Of a stretch of 64,000 nt of DNA, positions 57,179 to 64,000 are shown piece after piece; within the stretch, counting starts at the first letter, position 1, and each line of letters opens with the position of its first letter. The DNA is from Octopus vulgaris (Eukaryota), in assembly GCA_951406725.2 (NCBI GenBank), contig OX597827.1, positions 6,138,001 to 6,202,000 on the forward strand, given 5' to 3'. A model generated the notes under the pieces. It saw nothing but the letters and a program-made list of their open reading frames with translations. It was not told the origin of the DNA and searched no databases. The position numbers and the translations under genes were made by a program.

Positions 57179-57378
57179 GCGTGTGTGTGTTTGTGTGTCT
57201 GTGTTTGTCTCCCTAGCATTGCTTGACAACCGATGCTGGTGTGTTTATGTCCCCGTTACTTAGCGGTTCGGCAAAGGAGACCAATAGAATAAGTCCCGGG
57301 GTCGAGTTGCTCGATTAAAGGCGGTGCTCCTGCATGGCCGCAATCAAATGACTGAAACAAGTAAAATAGTAAAATAGC
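56980..57378 (+). mobile_element. SINE family A copy abutting the donor of the protocadherin large exon
   Basis: Full head-to-tail copy. Its tail ends about 10 bp from the GTAAGT donor at 57392-57387. Confidence 0.9.
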
Positions 57379-57392
57379 ATAGTATGACTTAC

Positions 57393-59810
57393 TTGGTATG
57401 TGCTGTCTGCTACTGTCTTCAGTTGAAAATCTGAAGTAGCGCCTTCGTAGTTGAAATTTTGGTTAAACTCTGTTTGGGATTCTTTCCTTAGTGATGCCAC
57501 TTTTGAACTCTGGCTGCTACAGGGGTGCTTTAGTATAGGTACAGGGACATCATATTCAGGACACATCAGCTCAGTGGCACACTCAGATTGTCTTTTGTCT
57601 CCGATGAATTCATTATTCGTATCTGTCCTGTAACCGTACTGAACCTCTCTTTGATTCTGTCTTTGAACAATGCAGACTATTATAGAGACTACAATAGCTG
57701 TAGATATTATCACAGCAGCTATTACGATTATTACTACTAAACTGATATGTATCATATCATCTGACTCAGTGTGTTGAGCTGTGTAAAGCTGAGAAGTGCT
57801 GTTGCTGACCGTTAGAGTCAGAAATACTGTGGTGGTTGCTGACAATACTGGAGTCCCACTGTCTCTGACCACAAACTGAAGGTCATATGACCCAGCATCA
57901 TTTTGGTAAACTGGACGAGAGAAAGACAATACTCCAGTATAAGGATTAATAATGAATAACTGTTTGTGGTTTCCTCCTATTATTTCATATCTGAGGAAAG
58001 CATTCACATGGCTGTCTCTGTCAGAAGCTCTTAATGTTGTGACGTCATTGTTGCTTTGTGGTTCATAATGGATATCAAGATTGAAAGGGTTAACACTCGG
58101 AAATGTAAAATATGGAGCATTGTCGTTCTCATCCATAACTTCAATAATAACATTAGTGGTATTATTGAGCAACGGAATTCCACTATCTCTCACTAAAGCC
58201 TGGAATTCATAAATATTCTGCTTTTCGCGGTCCAGTGGCTGCAATGTTGAAATAAATCCAAAATTCGAAATCTTGAAAGGAACAACTTGATTCTTTTTAC
58301 TGAATAAAGAATACATCAATTGACCTCCAAGTCCTAGATCAGGATCTGTAGCATTAATGAAACCAACAGGAAAATTTGGCTTTTCATTCTCATAAGTCAG
58401 AAATTTGAATGTATCTTTAGTGAATTGTGGCTTTTCATCATTGACATCCATCACTTGGATGGAAAATCTGCGTTGTGTTTTCATTGGTGGCGATGCTTTG
58501 TCCTTACAAGTAATGGTAAAATCAATATTGCTTTTTTCTTCTCTATCAATTCTATTCTTAACCAAAATCTTATATTTCTTTCTGCCCAGACTTTGAAGCA
58601 GTAATATATTATGGTGGAGGCTGCAGCTGACCTCACCATTTGACCCCACATCATTGTCTGTTATTTTCACATAAGCTATAAAACTTCCAACTTCGATGCC
58701 TTCAGAAATAGTAGCGACATTTCCTCGTGATTCTGAGATAAAGTTCATATCTATAACTGGAGCATTGTTCTTTTCACTGACCAAATTTACAATTACCATA
58801 GCAGTGGAACTTAATGGAGGATTGCCTCCATCTTTAGCTTCTATCTGAAGAATCTGTACTTGTTTTTGAGCCAAAGATGGTGTTTTAAGTAAGAAAATTT
58901 CTCCTGTCGACTTTTTTAATTCAAAACAAGTTTTGACAATATTTGCTGTTTTTGAACCAAAAAAATATGAAACTTTACCATTTTGCCCCAAATCATTATC
59001 TGTTGCTGATAGAATTACTATTGGAGTGTCTCTTCTATGTTTAGTACTAACAGACACATTATAAATATTCTGAGAGAAAACAGGTGGATTGTCATTTACA
59101 TCCGTAACATTTATATGAACATTTAATACACTCTGCATTGGTGGATAGCCTTCATCTATGGCAATGATTTGTACCAAATATTTATCTTTTACTTCTCTGT
59201 CCAGTTTCTTCTCCAACATTATTTCTAATTTTGAAGAACCAAATCTTTTTTTGGTAACTGAAAGTGTAAAAGGTTCATTTGCATATTTCCGTAGCTGATA
59301 ATTAATTTGGGAATTAATTGATGCCATATCTTTGTCAATTGCATTTGGAATAGATATTTTTGATCCTTTGCTGTCTCTTTCAGAAAATTTTATGTGAATC
59401 TCTTCACTTGGAAACTCTGGTTTGTTATCATTGATATCTTCAATAAACACTTTTATTTCTATTATTTTTATAAATGACTCCTTTTTCCGAACTGCAACTT
59501 CCACCATTTTGAAGCAATCTGTGTTGTATTTACAAAGAGATTCAGCATCTAATTCTTTAGCAGTGTACAGCGTTCCTGATTTTGAAACGTTAAACAACTC
59601 TGAGCCTCTGTCTGTACCTTGTTTTAATCGACTAAACCAGATTTGCTTTGTCTCTGACCTGGATAAGCTATCTAGGAACTGTGTGCTGTGTGCAATGTCT
59701 CCAACTTTACTATCTATATTTTGGTTTTCCTTTACTCTGAAGATCACCTCTGCACATATTAATGTGTACAGCAATGAAAAAAGCAGACCTGCTTCTAGAA
59801 TCTCAATCAT
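57393..59810 (-). CDS. Protocadherin, large first coding exon (signal peptide, EC1-EC6, TM, juxtamembrane tail; 806 codons)
   Basis: ATG at 59810 with an in-frame stop upstream. Hydrophobic leader, then cadherin linkers DINDNKPEF, DVNDNPPVF, DVNDEKPQF, DENDNAPYF, plus LDRE/IDRE and AxDxG motifs. EC1 has CxxxxxC (CKYNTDC). TM is ISLVVIIVIAAVIISTAIVVSIIVCIV. Consensus donor CAA|GTAAGT at 57393/57392, phase 0. An acceptor TTTTTCATTAATTTCAG lies 63 nt upstream of the ATG (exon starts at 59873), so a non-coding exon lies further upstream. Confidence 0.97.
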
Positions 59811-60859
59811 TTTTAATGGAAGTGACAGACAGCATCACAGTAAAATGTCTAAATGAATCCATCAACATTTAACCTGAAATTAATGAAAAATAAGATTTTA
59901 GAATTAATTATTTAAACAATTTTCAATAAACATGTCAAAATATGCAACAATAACTCAATCCAAATCTAGACTTTCATCAGAAAACTATAAAGAAAAAAGA
60001 AAAAAATAGCTGTAATTTCTATGATTTCCTTCATCAGAAAAAAAATAAATATCAAGAAAATAATTAAGAATTTCCAATAATGGTAAATTTTCATTTTTTT
60101 TTTTATAATTGAACGTTATTTTTCTTTTTAAAATTTTGAAGTCTAGAATGTTTTGAAGTTAATATATCTCTTGATGCATTTGCATCAATACCTATTGATA
60201 CATATTGTAGGATGGGCAACATGTTTGGTCATCTCTGATTTTTAAAATATTCTATAACATTAAAGATGTTGTTGATTATCTAAAAAAAATTTTAATGATT
60301 ATTTTGAGGGAGCAGCTTTTTAAGTTAGGTACAGGCTGTGAAAAAAGGGGCTACAATAGTTCTGCATTATTGTAAAACCTAAATGAATAGAATTAATATT
60401 GAATATTGAATATTTGCAGCACAGTTGCAAAACTGTAAAAGCGAAAATACTATTACTTATAGTTCAATTTAATCTATTTAGGATCTTGCTGATTCGACAA
60501 GGTGGTTGTGTGCAAAGGCAGTTCTCATTGATCACTTCCACTTAGCAATCCCTGATGCAGCTACGTGCCTCTTGACCCTACAAAAAGCTGGTGACTCCTC
60601 AATGTGTCAATGTGCCACTTCTACCTTGTCCATCCGAATGTGAGTACCCTCACTTCCACTGTCAAAAAAAAAAATAGGCGTAGGCATGACTGTGTGGCAA
60701 GAAGTTTGCTTTGCAATCATGTGGTTCCAGGTTCAGTCCCATTGTGTGGAACCTTGGGCAAGTGCCTTCTATTATATCCTTGGGAAAAAACCCAAGCTTT
60801 ATGAGTGGATTTGTTGGATGGAAACTGAAAGAAACTCATCATAAGTGTGTGTGTGTGTA

Positions 60860-60901
<42 letters not shown>

Positions 60902-63215
60902 CTTATGTGTTTGTCTCTCTGTCTGTATTTGCTCCACACCATCACAGCTTGAGAACTTGTGTTGGTGTGTGTACATCCCTATAACTTACTGGTTCAGCAA
61001 AAGAGACCAATAAAATAAGTACTAGGCATAAGAAATTAGTCGTGGGTTCAATTTGTTTGACTAAAACCCTTCAAGGTGGTGTGCCCCAGCATGGCTGCAG
61101 TCAAATAACTGAAACAAGTAAAAGAAACAAGAATAAAAGAATATATTTATACTCTTACTCTCTTACTCTTTTACTTGTTTCAGTCAGTTGACTGCGGCCA
61201 TGCTGGAGCACCGCCTTTAGTCGAGCAAATCGACCCCAGGACTTATTCTTTGTAAGCCCAGTACTTATTCTATCGGTCTCTTTTGAAACGAACCGATAAG
61301 TGACGGGGATGTAAACACACCAGCATTGGTTGTCAACCAATGCTAGGGGGACAAACACAGACACACAAACACACACATATACATATATATATATATACAT
61401 ATATACGACAGGCTTCTTTCAGTTTCCGTCTACCAAATCCACTCACAAGGCATTGGTCGGTCCGAGGCTATAGTAGAAGACACTTGCCCAAGGTGCCATG
61501 CAGTGGGACTGAACCCGGAACCATGTAGTTGGTTAGCAAGCTACTTACCACACAGCCACTCCTGCGCCATTATATTTATAAAAACAAACAGTTCTCCCAC
61601 CTATCTTACAATAAATATTTTCGGTAAGTTCAGTTTCTAAGCATAGCTAAAATTTCCAGTATCACAATCTAGTTTAAATGATAAAAGATCTGAAGCTCTG
61701 AAAAACTGAGATTCCAATTTGAAAACACAAATTTTCTGATCTTGTTTATAAAAATTGATACCTATTATAGAACTACTAAGTAGCTATATACATTTAAGAA
61801 AAATAAAGATAAAAAATTTTGTCAGATGTTAGATAATCTAACTGATAAGAAAATATCTGTTTTTTTCTGTTTTTTTTCTATAAAGAAAAAAATACATAAA
61901 AAACAACTTTTTCTTGTTGATAAAAAAAATAAAAACAAATACTGATATCAAAACAATTCCTATTTACCAAATGTAAATTCTTCCACTCTTCAGAAATCAA
62001 AATCAGAAATATTAAAACTAATTTCTAGATGAGTTTGTTTATGCATAGAATTGCTTGCATTTTTCTTCTTATTTTTTCTTTTCTTGTTAGACAAAACTAG
62101 ACAGGATTATTGATATTGCATCTAAAGAGACAAGAAATTTCTCTCTTTAGCTGGCACCAGCCAACATAATCAATTACCTATAATCTTGATGTTGCAGAAT
62201 TCCATGAAATACCGCTAGGAGATATAGATATCTGGTTTTCAGTGGAAATATTTGACAAACTTTAGTGTAAAGCAGATGCTTATTTTTGTATTATCTTTGT
62301 CTATACCCTAATTGATCGATAATGATGTGTGGAAAATATACTGACAGTAATACTGAAAACGCAGTTAGTTGATGATGTGCTAGAAATAGCAGTCAAGTCT
62401 TTCTTAAATCACACCCTCTTTTACTCTTTTACTCTTTTACTTGTTTCAGTCATTTGACTGCGGCCCTGCTAAAGCACCGCCTTTAGTCGAGCAACTCGAC
62501 CCTGGGACTTATTCTTTTTGTAAGCCCAGTACTTATTCTATCAGTCTCTTTTTGCCGAACCGCTAAGTGACGGGGACGTAAACACACCAGCATCGGTTGT
62601 CAAGCAATGCTAGGGGAACAAACACAGACACACAAACACACATACATACATATATATATATATATATACATATATACGACAGGCTTCTTTCAGTTTCCGT
62701 CTACCAAATCCACTCACAAGGCATTGGTTGGCCCGGGGCTATAGCAGAAGACACTTGCCCAAGATGCCACGTAGTGGGAATGAACCCAGAACCATATGCT
62801 TGATTAGCAAGCTACTTACCACACAGCCACTCCTGTGCCTATTCTTAAAAATTATAAAAACAAGAAAAGACAGAATGAATGTAATAGCTTTATATATATA
62901 TTTATACAAATGAGATGTCCACAGCTAGAATGCATTTGATCATAAGTCTATTTGATCTGTGCTGACCTGTGGTTAAACAACACCACCATCACCAATAGCA
63001 ACAGCAACAGCAGCCGTTCAAGAATTTGGACCTGGAGATCTCCATTTCCAGCGACTTCGAGGGCCACCTCCCAGTGGTGTCGGGCGTCAACGAAGACCCC
63101 CGACTACAACAAGACGACCAAAGTTTTTTTTTCTTTCTAAGGTCTGGGGTCTCCTGCCCCTAAGCCCTTGACCATCACCTAATCACCCTTACCCATCTTG
63201 TTGCTTAACAACAAC

Positions 63216-63249
<34 letters not shown>

Positions 63250-64000
63250 ACAACAACAACAGCAGCAGCAACAACAAAACATGCTTACTAAACCAACTAG
63301 AAATATTAACCAAATCATCTTTAAGTGACATTCTGCTGTCTTGAATAACTAAAGGATGAATCGCATAATAATGCAATCATAAATATCCCTAAAAAGACAG
63401 GATGGTCAATTCTCAAACTAACATCTTTTGAACCACTCAGTCAAGACAGACCTGAAGTTAAACCACAACACAAGCAACAACACCAATACCAATAACACCA
63501 CCACCAAATACAAAATGAAAACTTTACATATTCAAACTAATTAAAACTTCATTTCTTCATCATTTATGTTTCTCTCCAAATAAGACAGTAAATTATCTGA
63601 GTCATGGATGGGAACATTAGATAGTAATATGTCACAGCATTTACTCTGACACTTTGTACTCTGAGTTCAAATCCTGTCAAGGCTATCATGACCTTTTGTC
63701 CTTTAGGAGTCAATAAAAAAGTACAAAATCAAGATGGTAGATTGGTAGAACTGTAAGAATGATGGGCTGAGTGTATTGTGGTGTTTGTTCCTAATCTTTG
63801 TATTCTGTGTTCAAATCTCATGGCTTACTTGGGTATAAAGTTAGTCCATTAGTTGGTTTAACCCTACTGGCATCCAGGGCTCCACTCTGTTGCAAGCATT
63901 TGTACCATGTCACTCGCTTAAGAGTAACATTGTCCCTCCGACCTTACTCAGAGACTCTATAAAATGCCATGTGCTCAACATTCCCGCTTGGCTAAAAGAT

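Noticed and set aside
57315-59810. The 831-aa ORF as the complete single-exon protein
   Set aside because: A consensus donor at 57392 and two phase-compatible downstream exons explain it better, and the last 25 aa come mostly from a SINE.
59970-60040. CTGATGA words on the minus strand near the protocadherin acceptor (also 52703, 10726 and 39732 on the plus strand)
   Set aside because: No complementary stem II or stem I and no properly placed GAAAC-NUH. These are chance or (ATG)n-derived matches.

Overview
AT-rich, microsatellite- and transposon-dense animal genomic DNA, most likely from an octopus (coleoid cephalopod). This is inferred from the protocadherin type and the tRNA-headed SINE and (TA)n landscape. 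One protein-coding gene is well supported: a minus-strand protocadherin (signal peptide, 6 cadherin repeats, TM). I reconstruct it as three coding exons with matching splice phases (59810-57393, 46271-46118, 26600-26272; about 966 aa), plus a candidate alternative terminal exon (52982-52878). A probable promoter and first exon of the next minus-strand gene lie at about 1894-2230. The most unexpected signal is about a dozen type I hammerhead-ribozyme-like motifs of several unrelated sequence families. They sit in short elements flanked by (TA)n, usually with a partial inverted duplication, and one degenerate copy follows a decayed Penelope-like GIY-YIG fragment. This suggests a population of non-autonomous Penelope-derived or retrozyme-like elements in and around the protocadherin. 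The rest is SINEs, Tc1/mariner relics, a Helitron, LINE fragments and simple repeats. Almost all ORFs in the supplied track are repeat artefacts. All calls were made by eye and no database searches were run.
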